From positions 7,894-71,893 of the forward strand of contig CANKWU010000007.1 in the NCBI GenBank assembly GCA_947487385.1: 64,000 bases of DNA, read 5' to 3'. The notes under the pieces were generated by a model that saw nothing but the letters and a program-made list of their open reading frames with translations, made no database searches and was not told the DNA's origin. The position numbers and the translations under genes are program-made. Of the stretch, positions 52,254 to 61,804 are shown one piece after another. Origin of the DNA: Spartobacteria bacterium. GTDB taxonomy: Bacteria > Verrucomicrobiota > Verrucomicrobiia > Chthoniobacterales > UBA6821. How positions within the stretch are numbered: position 1 is the first letter of the stretch; each line of letters begins with the position of its first letter.

Positions 52254-53492
52254 ATGAGATCCATCCCGTTTTTATTATTACTCGGCTTACCTGTTCTATC
52301 TGCTCAGGTGGCCCCTCAGTCCAATTACGAAGTGCTTGAGCCAGTTCCTGCAGCAAACTTCATCCCTGCTGTCCTGATGACGAATACACACTGCACCGTC
52401 GCACCTATGGCGCAGACCGATGGCCTCCACCTTACCTATACTCTTCAGAGTCCTGCTGGCACTGAATCAATCGTCGGCACACAGAGCCTCATCACACGCG
52501 TCACCGAGATGAAAGCACTCGTAGCACTTGATGAAATCGATAATTCGGAGGAGTTTGGAAAGGCGCTGCTCAAGGCGGGTGCCGAAAAAGTCGGGAGCGT
52601 GAGGGATGTCGTGAAGGATCCACTTGGAACCGTCCAACGCCTCCCCCTCGGAGCCTCCCGACTCTTGGGACGCGTCTCCACCTCTGTTAAAAATGCTGCT
52701 GAAGGGAATGCCGATCCGCGCGCTGGAGCACAGCAAGTTCTGGGAGTCAGGAGAATGAAGAACGAGTTGGCCGCTCGTTTCGGAGTCAGCCCCTACTCAC
52801 GGAATGCCTTGCTTCAGAATAAGCTGGATGCCACTGCTCGGGCGATGGCGGGCGGCGCTCTCGTCGTGAACCTCTCAGGTCTCATGTTCACTGGAGGAGT
52901 TGGCACTGCCATTTCCGTAGTTGGCGTAAATCAGACACTTCAGCGCACGCTCATTGAGTCGACACCCGAGGAAATGGCAGTCAAGAACCGTGCTATACTT
53001 CTGGCGCTCAAGGCCGCTCCCGATGCGGTGGAAGGCTTTCTCTCAAATCCCTCCCTCTCACCTTGGCAGAAGACGATTCTCACTGCCGAACTGAAGGATA
53101 TTGGTCTGAATCCAGATCCCTTTCTTAGGCTTGCATCGAAGCCCGCAACCCAAGAGGAGGTTCTTGATGAGATGCAGATCATGCAAATTTTACTCAAACA
53201 CCATAAAGAGATCGCCCCCATTGTCTCCATTATCTCCATAAGTGAGGTCGCCGGCGCGCTTGCCGCACTAGATGCAAACGGCACCTTGGTCACACCAGTT
53301 AGCGCAGATCTTATTCTCTGGAGTGCAACGAAAGAGTCTGGTGCCGATGCGCTCCTGAAAATGGCAAAGGAAGATCCGAGGGTAAAACACGTGACTCTTG
53401 TCACAGATGGTCTCGTCTCGGCCCGTGCCATGGAGGAATTCGACAAACGGGGAATCTTCGCAACCCCCCAAGCTCTCGGACCCCTACGCTAA
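52254..53492 (+). CDS. Hypothetical secreted protein
   Basis: ATG 52254 gives the signal peptide MRSIPFLLLLGLPVLSAQ. No family recognised. Confidence 0.5.
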   Translation: MRSIPFLLLLGLPVLSAQVAPQSNYEVLEPVPAANFIPAVLMTNTHCTVAPMAQTDGLHLTYTLQSPAGTESIVGTQSLITRVTEMKALVALDEIDNSEEFGKALLKAGAEKVGSVRDVVKDPLGTVQRLPLGASRLLGRVSTSVKNAAEGNADPRAGAQQVLGVRRMKNELAARFGVSPYSRNALLQNKLDATARAMAGGALVVNLSGLMFTGGVGTAISVVGVNQTLQRTLIESTPEEMAVKNRAILLALKAAPDAVEGFLSNPSLSPWQKTILTAELKDIGLNPDPFLRLASKPATQEEVLDEMQIMQILLKHHKEIAPIVSIISISEVAGALAALDANGTLVTPVSADLILWSATKESGADALLKMAKEDPRVKHVTLVTDGLVSARAMEEFDKRGIFATPQALGPLR

Positions 53493-53503
53493 CTAGCTTC
53501 AGA

Positions 53504-54604
53504 ATGATTCGCTCCTTGCGGTTCTCAATGCTGGGGGTGCTTTTATTGCTGGGATGTCATCCCTCTGCACCATCCAGCGGTATGGTTTTGATCCCCGGTG
53601 GTGACTTCTTGATGGGCTCAGACGCTCCGTATGCTTTACCCAACGAGAGACCGGCTCATCAGGTGAAGGTAAAGCCCTTCTTCATGGACATTCATGCGGT
53701 CACCAATGCCGAATTTGCAAAATTCGTGAAAACCACCGGCTATATCACCGTTGGAGAGCGACCCGTCGATTGGGAGGAATTAAAAAAACAAGTGCCACCA
53801 GAAACGCCTAAGCCACCCGCCGAGACCCTTGCGCCTGGGTCGTTGGTTTTTCATCCAACCACGGGGCCTGTTGATTTACGTGATATGTCTGCGTGGTGGC
53901 AATGGCTCAATGGCGCCTCGTGGTCTCATCCAGAGGGACCCGACAGCAATATCATCGGCAGGGAAAACCACCCAGTGGTGCACATTGCTTGGGAGGATGC
54001 AAAAGCCTATGCGGCTTGGGCTGGGAAACGCCTCCCCACCGAGGCTGAATGGGAATTTGCAGCCAGGGGCGGAGTCAACGGAGAGCGCTACGCATGGGGT
54101 AACCAAGAGAGTCCTGACGGGCGTTTTATGCTGAATCGTTGGACCGGACAATTTCCCTACCACGATGATGCCTCGGATGGTTTTGCCGGCACCTCGCCAG
54201 TCGGCACTTTCCCATCAAATAGCTTCGGGCTTTATGACATGGGAGGCAATGTGTGGAACTGGTGCAGCGATATCTATCGCGCCGATGCCTTTGCTGAGGA
54301 GGCCAAAGCCGGCCTTGTTTGTTGTGACCCCACCGGGCCCAAAACCTTACAGGGTGAGAAAGCCGTTCTAGGTGACCCTTCCCCACCCATGGTTCCAGGA
54401 GCAGAACGAAGAGTGACCAAAGGAGGGTCTTTTCTCTGCCATCCCGACTACTGCGAAAGCTATCGCCCCTCCGCAAGACGTGGCACTCCACCTGACACGG
54501 GGAGTAGCCATGTTGGCTTTCGCTGCGCCAAGGATGCGAGTCCCCAGATCAGCGCAAGATTGGCTCCGATGGAGGTGATGCCAGACCAGAGGCGGGCGCG
54601 TTGA
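53504..54604 (+). CDS. Formylglycine-generating enzyme (SUMF1/FGE family sulfatase maturase)
   Basis: HPVVHIAWEDAKAYAAWAGKRLPTEAEWEFAARGG, RVTKGGSFLC and GFRCA. The last ~22 codons run into the right repeat copy. Confidence 0.9.
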   Translation: MIRSLRFSMLGVLLLLGCHPSAPSSGMVLIPGGDFLMGSDAPYALPNERPAHQVKVKPFFMDIHAVTNAEFAKFVKTTGYITVGERPVDWEELKKQVPPETPKPPAETLAPGSLVFHPTTGPVDLRDMSAWWQWLNGASWSHPEGPDSNIIGRENHPVVHIAWEDAKAYAAWAGKRLPTEAEWEFAARGGVNGERYAWGNQESPDGRFMLNRWTGQFPYHDDASDGFAGTSPVGTFPSNSFGLYDMGGNVWNWCSDIYRADAFAEEAKAGLVCCDPTGPKTLQGEKAVLGDPSPPMVPGAERRVTKGGSFLCHPDYCESYRPSARRGTPPDTGSSHVGFRCAKDASPQISARLAPMEVMPDQRRAR

Positions 54605-54664
54605 TAGTTGACTGGATCCACCGGGATAGTTTGTAAAAAAGAGAAGGCCAGGTCATTGACCCGG
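54542..54664 (-). pseudogene. Orphan fragment homologous to the 5' region of the 48349..49560 gene (right copy of the direct repeat)
   Basis: The minus-strand translation is RVNDLAFSFLQTIPVDPVNYQRARLWSGITSIGANLALIWG. The intact gene reads RVIDPAFSIAQTTTVDPSNYQRVRLWAGITSIGANLALIWG. No downstream continuation exists. Confidence 0.75.
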
Positions 54665-54701
54665 CCTTCTTCGTGAATTTGCGCTCTGGGAGAGCTGAAG
54701 A

Positions 54702-54905
54702 CTATTTTCCCTCGGCGTACCGCGCAAGACGGTTGGAGAGAATCAGGAAGGTCGGGGCCCAGAGGCCGACGAAGATCCCGAAGAGTTCGCCATGGGTACG
54801 AACCTCAAAGCTCACATCCTTGCCGCCGGCATAATACCAGATGGCGATGGAGGCGAGGACTGAGGCGAGTCCTAGAACGAAACAGAGGTGACTGAGTTGT
54901 TTCAT
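54702..54905 (-). CDS. Small two-TM membrane protein
   Basis: 67 aa with two hydrophobic helices (LCFVLGLASVLASIAIWYY; LFGIFVGLWAPTFLILS). No family recognised. Confidence 0.45.
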   Translation of the reverse strand: MKQLSHLCFVLGLASVLASIAIWYYAGGKDVSFEVRTHGELFGIFVGLWAPTFLILSNRLARYAEGK

Positions 54906-55066
54906 AACTGTTCCTTAATGATCTTCAGAACAGAAAGAAGCGAGAAAAATCTTGTAAGCAAAACGACTACTTCCGGAAATGAAACAACTCCTTCCCATGA
55001 AGAAATTTTCAGCTACTCTTTGAGCTGTAGTTAACAGTATTAATTAAATACAAACCACCACATTCC

Positions 55067-56230
55067 ATGACACTCCCGATTGCCGAGCAGATTGCCGCCC
55101 GCTCCTTTCCTCCCTTCAGCCTGGAGCGTCTTCTTAAAACGACTTTCGCCCCGAAAGAGGGCCAACGACTCTGCATCTTGATCGATCTGGAAAATCCAGC
55201 CGATATCAAGGATTTTGCCTTTCTGAACAACGCCTCGCTCACCATTCAGAAGCATGCCGTGGAGTCGTTCCACAAACCGCTCAATGGTGAGATCCTGGCC
55301 AAGATGGGACTCAAGGGTGGAGAGATCTTCGCCTACAAGCTCACAGGCGGCAGCAATCTTGATCTGCCGGATGAGGCTTTTGACCCCTCAGGCAAGCAGG
55401 TCAGTCTCTCCAAGGATGTCTATCCCAACTATGACATCATCCTTTGCATTTCGACCTACTCAGCAACTGCCCCTCTGACAGCCTTTGCCAAGCAGTACGG
55501 CTTCCGTGGAGCGACCCTGCACGGAGTAAACGAGATCATCCTCGCAAGCGGACTCGCTGTTGATTACGACGAGGTCAGCGTCGAGGCCGAGAAGCTTCGT
55601 CTTGGAGTGACCAACGCAGACTGGGTAGAGATCGAGTTCGGCTGCGAAGATAAGGACTACACTCTCCGCCTCATTCTCAATGGCCAAGAGGCCCAGAAAA
55701 GCCATGGCCTCTGCCGCGGTGACGAGCCTGATGTTGCGAATCTTCCCGCCGGAGAGGTCTACTTCGTTCCCGAGGGTGCGGAGGGATCCTTCCCCCACAA
55801 GTACGAGGATGGAACGCTCGGACTGATGACCGTAACCGGCGGCCGTATCGTGAAGGCCGAACTCATCAAGGGAAATGCTGCCACTGTTGAGGCCCACAAT
55901 GCCAAACTCATCTCCGACCCAGTCACTGGAGAACTCGGAGAGCTGGGCCTGGGCACGCAGCTCCTTCCGGTCAGCGGACGTGACATCCAGGATGAGAAAG
56001 TGCGTGGCACCATCCACGTGGCCACAGGGCGTAGCGACCATCTCGGTGGACATCTGGTTCCCTCCATGTTCACAGAGAAGAGCCATGCCACCCATGACGA
56101 CATCCTCTTTGCCCCGCACAAGACTCCTGAGATCCAGGTCAAACAGGTCCGGATGAAGCGCGGTGAGCAAAACGAGGTGCTGATCGAGAACTACGAACCC
56201 TCGGCCTACACCCACTCACTTGTAGCATGA
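55067..56230 (+). CDS. Aminopeptidase-T/M29-like protein (tentative)
   Basis: ANLPAGEVYFVPEGAEG, LGELGLGTQ and IHVATGRS resemble the NLPxGEVF / GEfgiGtN / HiAlG blocks of peptidase family M29. Confidence 0.4.
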   Translation: MTLPIAEQIAARSFPPFSLERLLKTTFAPKEGQRLCILIDLENPADIKDFAFLNNASLTIQKHAVESFHKPLNGEILAKMGLKGGEIFAYKLTGGSNLDLPDEAFDPSGKQVSLSKDVYPNYDIILCISTYSATAPLTAFAKQYGFRGATLHGVNEIILASGLAVDYDEVSVEAEKLRLGVTNADWVEIEFGCEDKDYTLRLILNGQEAQKSHGLCRGDEPDVANLPAGEVYFVPEGAEGSFPHKYEDGTLGLMTVTGGRIVKAELIKGNAATVEAHNAKLISDPVTGELGELGLGTQLLPVSGRDIQDEKVRGTIHVATGRSDHLGGHLVPSMFTEKSHATHDDILFAPHKTPEIQVKQVRMKRGEQNEVLIENYEPSAYTHSLVA

Positions 56231-56392
56231 TCGTTGTCGGCGTGGCCGGCAACGAGGGTGAATAGCTTAAAAAGGCTGTTTTACTGTTAGAAAGGCCAGG
56301 CGGCTTTCACGCCAAGGGCGCGGAGAGTCTTCCCCAAATCCTAGCTTCTAACTTCCAGTCCACGCTTCATCACTTTGATGAAAGTGGCGTCA

Positions 56393-57331
56393 TCAGATGA
56401 GCTGACTTTGCTTCTTGGCTCTTAAGAGAACCCAAGCAAGAAATACTCCTCCAAGGATCAAAAGCCAGAATTCCCCCGGCTCGGGAACGGAATCCAGGAT
56501 GGCGGAGCGGTAAGAGGCCACATCGATGCTGTAGGTAAGGTTTCCAAAGACGGCTGTGTTGTCTGGCTGCCCCGAATAGTTCTCTACCAGATCCATGATG
56601 CCAGCGAGTTGATAAGAGCCGTCGTTCATCAGCACGAAAACCCCTCCGCCGGAGTCACCAACGGCAGCCTGAGCCTCGTTAGGGATCCCGGAATCGAAAG
56701 TTGTCTGGATCATGCTCGTGGAGTTCACCGTTACCACTCCGTCTGCCTGATTGCTTCCCCAACGCTTCGAGTTTGAGGAGAGTTGCTTGTATCCTGAGGC
56801 ATTGAAAAAAACCGGGGGGCGTACCTCACTCCATGTGTAGGGGGTGGAACCCGTGTTGACGTTCCAGTAGGTCCTGGAATCGGCGCGGTCCTTTCCGTTG
56901 CCGATCATCGTCAACGTTTCGCCAGTCGCAGGAGATGTTCCCGCCAGTGTGAGATTGCTCAGCAGGGAAAGGCCGGTCCCTTGGCCCACTGTGATCTGAT
57001 AGGCATAGAGGTCGAGGCCCGCGATATTGGTGCCGCTCCCTGATACTGACTGATATACGGCACCGTTGATGGAGAAATTACGGCTTCCCCCATCGTTATA
57101 GACATGGCCTGCGGTAAGCACCCAGTTCGCGCCGCCATAAGCTCCAAGATAGACGCCCGAACCGCCGTTCACCATCCCCACATAGTTCCACCCCAGATCG
57201 CCGTTAGACCCGGAGGGGGCGTTTGTATTACCCGAACCGTTGCCCGAACCGATCACGACGGCGAACGATGAGGTTGACGAGGTGACCGTGAGGACAACCA
57301 ACAGGAAAATACAGAGTTTTCTAATGCTCAT
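56393..57331 (-). CDS. Trypsin-like serine protease with C-terminal PEP-CTERM sorting signal
   Basis: Signal peptide, then VLTAGHV (His) and AAVGDSGGGVF (Ser). The C-terminus is VPEPGEFWLLILGGVFLAWVLLRAKKQ, i.e. the PEP motif, a TM and a basic tail. Confidence 0.75.
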   Translation of the reverse strand: MSIRKLCIFLLVVLTVTSSTSSFAVVIGSGNGSGNTNAPSGSNGDLGWNYVGMVNGGSGVYLGAYGGANWVLTAGHVYNDGGSRNFSINGAVYQSVSGSGTNIAGLDLYAYQITVGQGTGLSLLSNLTLAGTSPATGETLTMIGNGKDRADSRTYWNVNTGSTPYTWSEVRPPVFFNASGYKQLSSNSKRWGSNQADGVVTVNSTSMIQTTFDSGIPNEAQAAVGDSGGGVFVLMNDGSYQLAGIMDLVENYSGQPDNTAVFGNLTYSIDVASYRSAILDSVPEPGEFWLLILGGVFLAWVLLRAKKQSQLI

Positions 57332-57376
57332 AATTAAGTCACAAAATCACAGCCTTGGAGGGGTGTCAACGGCCCA

Positions 57377-58615
57377 TTACCACTGCATCGCCTTAATGCG
57401 GGCGGCAGCCTCGAGTGCTTTCTCGCGACTGTTGAAGGCGGAGATTCGGAAGTAGCCCTCACCAGCGCGGCCAAAGCCGCTACCGGGTGTGACAACGATG
57501 TTCGCCTCATTCAGCATCCGGTCAAAGATCTGCCAGCTGGTTTGTCCGGTTGGACCATGAACCCAAATATAGGGGGCATTCACTCCTCCATAAACCTCGA
57601 GCCCGCATGACTGAACGGCATCACGCAGAATCTTAGCATTGCCCATGTAATACTCCACGAGCGAGGCAACCTCGGCACGACCCTTCTCACTATAGAGTGA
57701 GGCAGCTCCTCGCTGGGTGATATAGCTGACACCGTTGAATTTAGTCGTGAAACGGCGGTGCCAAAGCGGATGGATGGGGCGACGCTCTCCGCCCAAGCAA
57801 CATGCCGTCAGTTCCTTAGGAACCACGGTGAATGCACAGCGCGTGCCGGTGAACCCGCCGTTCTTCGAAAAGCTACGAAACTCGATCGCACACTCCCGCG
57901 CGCCGGGGATCTCGTAGATCGATCGTGGGATGGAGGAGTCGCTGATATAGGCCTCATAAGCCGCATCGAAGAGGAGAATCGATCCGTGATTCCGTGCATA
58001 GGCCACCCAGGCCTCCAGCTGTGCTCGCGTGGCGACAGCTCCCGTTGGATTATTGGGAAAACAGAGATAGATGACATCGACTTTTTCGGAGGGAATCTGG
58101 GGAACGAAGCCGTTCTCCGCCGTGCACTCCAGATAGGTGATGCCTTCGTAGGAGCCATCTTCCCTCCCCTCACCGGTGTGTCCCGCCATCACATTGGTAT
58201 CGACATAGACGGGGTAGACCGGATCCATGACGGCGATTTTATTATCGTGACCGAGGATATCGAGGATCGCGCCGCCATCGCACTTGGAGCCGTCGGAGAC
58301 AAAGATTTCATCATCCGCCACGTTGAGCCCACGATCACGGTAGTCACTCTGAGCGATTGCCGATCGGAGAAATTCGTAGCCTTGCTCGGGGCCGTAGCCG
58401 CGGAATCCCTCACGGGTCCCCATCTCATCCACAGCGGTGTGCATCGCCTCTCGCACGGCTGAAGGAAGCGGTTCGGTCACATCGCCGATGCCGCAGCGGA
58501 TCATTCGAGTAGCTGCCTCCGGATTTGCCTCCGTGAAGGCCTTCACGCGCCGTGCGATTTCAGGAAAAAGGTAACCGGCCTTGAGCTTGAGATAGTTGGA
58601 ATTGAGAGTCGCCAT
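57377..58615 (-). CDS. dapL: LL-diaminopimelate aminotransferase
   Basis: The N-terminus [23 protein letters not shown]...[13 protein letters not shown] and the PLP Lys context [10 protein letters not shown] are present. Confidence 0.85.
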   Translation of the reverse strand: MATLNSNYLKLKAGYLFPEIARRVKAFTEANPEAATRMIRCGIGDVTEPLPSAVREAMHTAVDEMGTREGFRGYGPEQGYEFLRSAIAQSDYRDRGLNVADDEIFVSDGSKCDGGAILDILGHDNKIAVMDPVYPVYVDTNVMAGHTGEGREDGSYEGITYLECTAENGFVPQIPSEKVDVIYLCFPNNPTGAVATRAQLEAWVAYARNHGSILLFDAAYEAYISDSSIPRSIYEIPGARECAIEFRSFSKNGGFTGTRCAFTVVPKELTACCLGGERRPIHPLWHRRFTTKFNGVSYITQRGAASLYSEKGRAEVASLVEYYMGNAKILRDAVQSCGLEVYGGVNAPYIWVHGPTGQTSWQIFDRMLNEANIVVTPGSGFGRAGEGYFRISAFNSREKALEAAARIKAMQW

Positions 58616-58715
58616 TAGGTCTTCAAGTGAACAAAAAACCCCGCCTTGTTGCCAGCGCGGGATTGGGAATTTTTAGTTCCATGGATCTGTTGCCGCCGAC
58701 TACACATCTTCAAAC

Positions 58716-59198
58716 TCAGATCCTCTTAAGAATCTCCTCCGTAACCTGAGCAAGAGACCGTTCGATGGAGACAGTCAGAGCATCCATCGGCTCCTCCAGG
58801 GTAGAAAACTGACTCTCCAAAAGCGTCGGGGGCATGAAGTGATCAGTGCGTTTCTCGATGCGGCTTCGGATCGCCTCGCGGGACCCCTGAAGGTAGATGA
58901 AGCGCAGGGCAGGAAGACCCACGGCAAGACGGTCACGGTAAACCTGCCGGAGGGCAGAGCAGGCAAGGAAGGTATCGAGGCCATTGGAGGAGCGGTGTTT
59001 CAATTCCTCGTTGAGGAGATCTAGCCATCCCCACCGATCTTCATCGGTGAGAGGTATTCCCGCAGCCATCTTGGCCTTGTTGGCCGGTGGATGAAAATCG
59101 TCCGCATCCAAGAAATCCCCTCCCCTAGCCTCCGATAGACGGAAGGCCACGCTGCTTTTCCCGCAACCCGACACTCCCATGACGACATATAGACCCAT
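58716..59198 (-). CDS. gntK: Gluconokinase
   Basis: The P-loop GVSGCGKSS and DADDFHPPANKAKMAAGIPLTDEDRWGWL are diagnostic of GntK-type kinases. Confidence 0.8.
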   Translation of the reverse strand: MGLYVVMGVSGCGKSSVAFRLSEARGGDFLDADDFHPPANKAKMAAGIPLTDEDRWGWLDLLNEELKHRSSNGLDTFLACSALRQVYRDRLAVGLPALRFIYLQGSREAIRSRIEKRTDHFMPPTLLESQFSTLEEPMDALTVSIERSLAQVTEEILKRI

Positions 59199-59204
59199 GA
59201 CGTA

Positions 59205-60464
59205 TCAGGCCGCGACTCCGGACGCCCAAGATGCGGGGTTCTCAAGTTGGAAGAGCATCTCTCCCGCCTTCGGGACAAGCAGGATCCCCTCCTCCTCGCG
59301 GTCAGCGAAGTCCTCCAAACGGATTGATGCAGGATCACGGTAGCCCATGTTGATCCGCTCGCAGACCTCCCGTGGAATCCCGGTTGCCAGCGTGACGCGA
59401 GCCCTGCAATGCTCGACGCCGCTCTCGTAAGTGCCGACACCGCGAACATGAGTGCTGTGGGCGATGACTCCCCACGGGTAATCCTTGAAGCGCTCCCACT
59501 GGCCGAGGAAGTAGTCGCGGCAGTGGTAGCCGAGTTCTTCGATCAGCTTCCCATGCACCACGGAGACCTCGTGGATGTGGGGTGCGTAGATAATGAGTTC
59601 CCCTCCGTCGGCAAGTACCGGTTCGAGCTTGTACATGCACTTGCCGCCCACCCAGAGCTCGTCGTACATCGCTGGCGCGCATGAAAGGATTGTGTGGAAA
59701 GGGCGCGGTTTGGTGGTGATGTGAAGTTTGCGGGAGAGTTCCGAGGCCTCGTCCCAAGCCTGCTCCGGTGTGCCGGAAAAAAGACCCGCCAGACCTCCTT
59801 TGTCGACGACCATGCAGAGGCAGCGTTTCGAAATCGTCACCAGTGAGGCGGCCCTGTCGACGACCTTGCGGACAGGGGTCCATTTGTGACCGATGATCAT
59901 CGGGTTTGTGACGACGGCTCCAAGCCAGTGGAAAAAGTTCAGGATCTCCGGGCCCGCGACCCCAGGAAAGAGGTACTTGTTCCCACCTGAGAAGCCGACC
60001 ACTTCGTGGGGAAAAACCGGCCCGATGATCAGTAACTCATCGTAGTCAAAGAGGCGTGTGTTGATCGTGACAGGCACCTCCATAGCAAAGAGTCCTCCAG
60101 AGAGATTGCTGATCTCGTCAGGAGTCAGAACGCCTATCTGGCGGAGCGCAGCGGGATTGTCCCATTCATGGTTTAGGAAACCGACCTTCGCGTACTGGGT
60201 GGAGCGCTCCTCCCCGGTGATCTCCAACCGCTCACAGATCGCCTCCTCGCTCATCGGGGGATGGGTTCCGAGGGCGATCATAATATCCAAGGAAGCAACC
60301 TCGGGGGCAAGGTGGCGGTAGACCTCCTTGAAAACCATCCCGAGCGGGCACCCCCGGGTGGCGTCGGGAACAATCAGTAGGAGACGCTTGCCGCTCATGC
60401 CTTCAACAGGAAGGCCCTCCGCGACAATCCCGGCGACCTGTTCAGAGGTGAGGTGATCGCTCAT
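59205..60464 (-). CDS. LarA-like nickel-pincer-dependent 2-hydroxyacid racemase/epimerase (DUF2088)
   Basis: LLLIVPDATR is the N-terminal motif. HEVVGFSGGNKYLFPG holds the His and the NPN-tethering Lys context of LarA. Confidence 0.7.
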   Translation of the reverse strand: MSDHLTSEQVAGIVAEGLPVEGMSGKRLLLIVPDATRGCPLGMVFKEVYRHLAPEVASLDIMIALGTHPPMSEEAICERLEITGEERSTQYAKVGFLNHEWDNPAALRQIGVLTPDEISNLSGGLFAMEVPVTINTRLFDYDELLIIGPVFPHEVVGFSGGNKYLFPGVAGPEILNFFHWLGAVVTNPMIIGHKWTPVRKVVDRAASLVTISKRCLCMVVDKGGLAGLFSGTPEQAWDEASELSRKLHITTKPRPFHTILSCAPAMYDELWVGGKCMYKLEPVLADGGELIIYAPHIHEVSVVHGKLIEELGYHCRDYFLGQWERFKDYPWGVIAHSTHVRGVGTYESGVEHCRARVTLATGIPREVCERINMGYRDPASIRLEDFADREEEGILLVPKAGEMLFQLENPASWASGVAA

Positions 60465-60474
60465 CGGAAGAAAC

Positions 60475-61302
60475 TTAGATGGTCTGACTCAGGAAGCCGC
60501 CGTCCACACGCAAATCGATGCCAGTGACGAACCCGCTGGCCGCGTTGCTGGCAAGGAAGACCGCCGCACCAATAAGCTCAGAGGATGTGCCGAAGCGAGC
60601 CATCGGCGTATGCCCTAGGATGCTCGCAGCACGGGGTGTTGGGGATCCGTCGTCGTTGAAAAGGAGCTTTCGGTTCTGCTCGGCGGGGAAGAAACCTGGA
60701 GTGATCGTGTTCACCCTCACTCCCTTTGGTGCCCATTCGCGTGCCAGGAATTGGCTCAAATTTAGAACGGCGGCCTTGGCGGATGAATAGGCAACAACCC
60801 TTGAGAGGGGAAGATGCGCAGAGACGCTGGCGATATTGATGATGCTTCCTCGCCCTTTTTCGACCATGGCTCCACCGAAGACCTGGCAAGGCAGCAACGC
60901 TCCGCCGACTAGGTTGAGATCGAAACTTTTTGCCCAGTCCTTGCTACTGATCTTCTCAAAGGGGTTTTCCGGAGTCACCGTCACCGAGGGATCGTTGCCT
61001 CCGGCCGCATTGACCAAGATCGTCGGCTCGCCAAGAGCACTGTGAATCTCCTGCTGTGCTTTCTCCAGACTCTCCCTAGAAGCGGCATCGGCAGTGAAGA
61101 ACTGAGCATTTCCACCGGCATCAACAATCCGGGAGACGCATTCGGCGCCACGCTCCTCATTCCGTCCGAGGACAGCAACCTTGGCTCCTGCCGAAGCGAG
61201 CCCATCAGCCAAGGCACCTCCGAGGACACCGGTGGCACCTATCACCACGGCGACCTCTCCGGAAAGATCAAACAGGCTGAGAGAATTTGTCGATGACTTC
61301 AT
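60475..61302 (-). CDS. SDR-family oxidoreductase
   Basis: VVIGATGVLGGALA is the TGxxxGxG-type motif, with NAAG and the catalytic YSSAK. The start is taken at ATG 61302. Confidence 0.85.
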   Translation of the reverse strand: MKSSTNSLSLFDLSGEVAVVIGATGVLGGALADGLASAGAKVAVLGRNEERGAECVSRIVDAGGNAQFFTADAASRESLEKAQQEIHSALGEPTILVNAAGGNDPSVTVTPENPFEKISSKDWAKSFDLNLVGGALLPCQVFGGAMVEKGRGSIINIASVSAHLPLSRVVAYSSAKAAVLNLSQFLAREWAPKGVRVNTITPGFFPAEQNRKLLFNDDGSPTPRAASILGHTPMARFGTSSELIGAAVFLASNAASGFVTGIDLRVDGGFLSQTI

Positions 61303-61563
61303 GGACTGAATATTTGTCGATTCAAGACAAGGAGGCAACCGCCTTCATGATGGAAGGTTTTCCGAGGTTAGGGAATCGCTGATTCAATCGCATAGAGGCC
61401 GTTGCGGGAAGCCGTTGCGGATGTGAAGCAACGACCGGGCAAACAATGGGCCGCGGGCACGGAGGGCTACATCGTTTTGCTATCAGCTGAGTTGAACCAA
61501 AGTCCCGCTTATCTCCTTGCCGTGAGGCTTGTGGAGATTTCTAATCTCAGCTCCCCCAGTAAT

Positions 61564-61638
61564 GCGCGATTAGCTCAGTGGTAGAGCGCTTGCTTCACAC
61601 GCAAGAAGTCGCAGGTTCGAACCCTGCATCGCGCACCA
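61564..61638 (+). tRNA. tRNA-Val (anticodon CAC), CCA encoded
   Basis: Manual cloverleaf: acceptor GCGCGAT/ATCGCGC, D stem GCTC/GAGC, anticodon stem CTTGC/GCAAG with loop TTCACAC, and T arm GCAGG-TTCGAAC-CCTGC. 75 nt. Confidence 0.9.
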
Positions 61639-61804
61639 TTTTCTACCGAATAAATCGGCAGAATGCGATTATCCCCTGATTCATGACGAAAAAGCCCAAC
61701 CTGGCGCAGGGATTATTGATGCGGGGCTAGGCGTGTGAGCGACACTGTAGTTTTCCTACAGCGAGTAAGCAGCAACAACACCCCGCGCTAAAAGCGCAAG
61801 CCGC

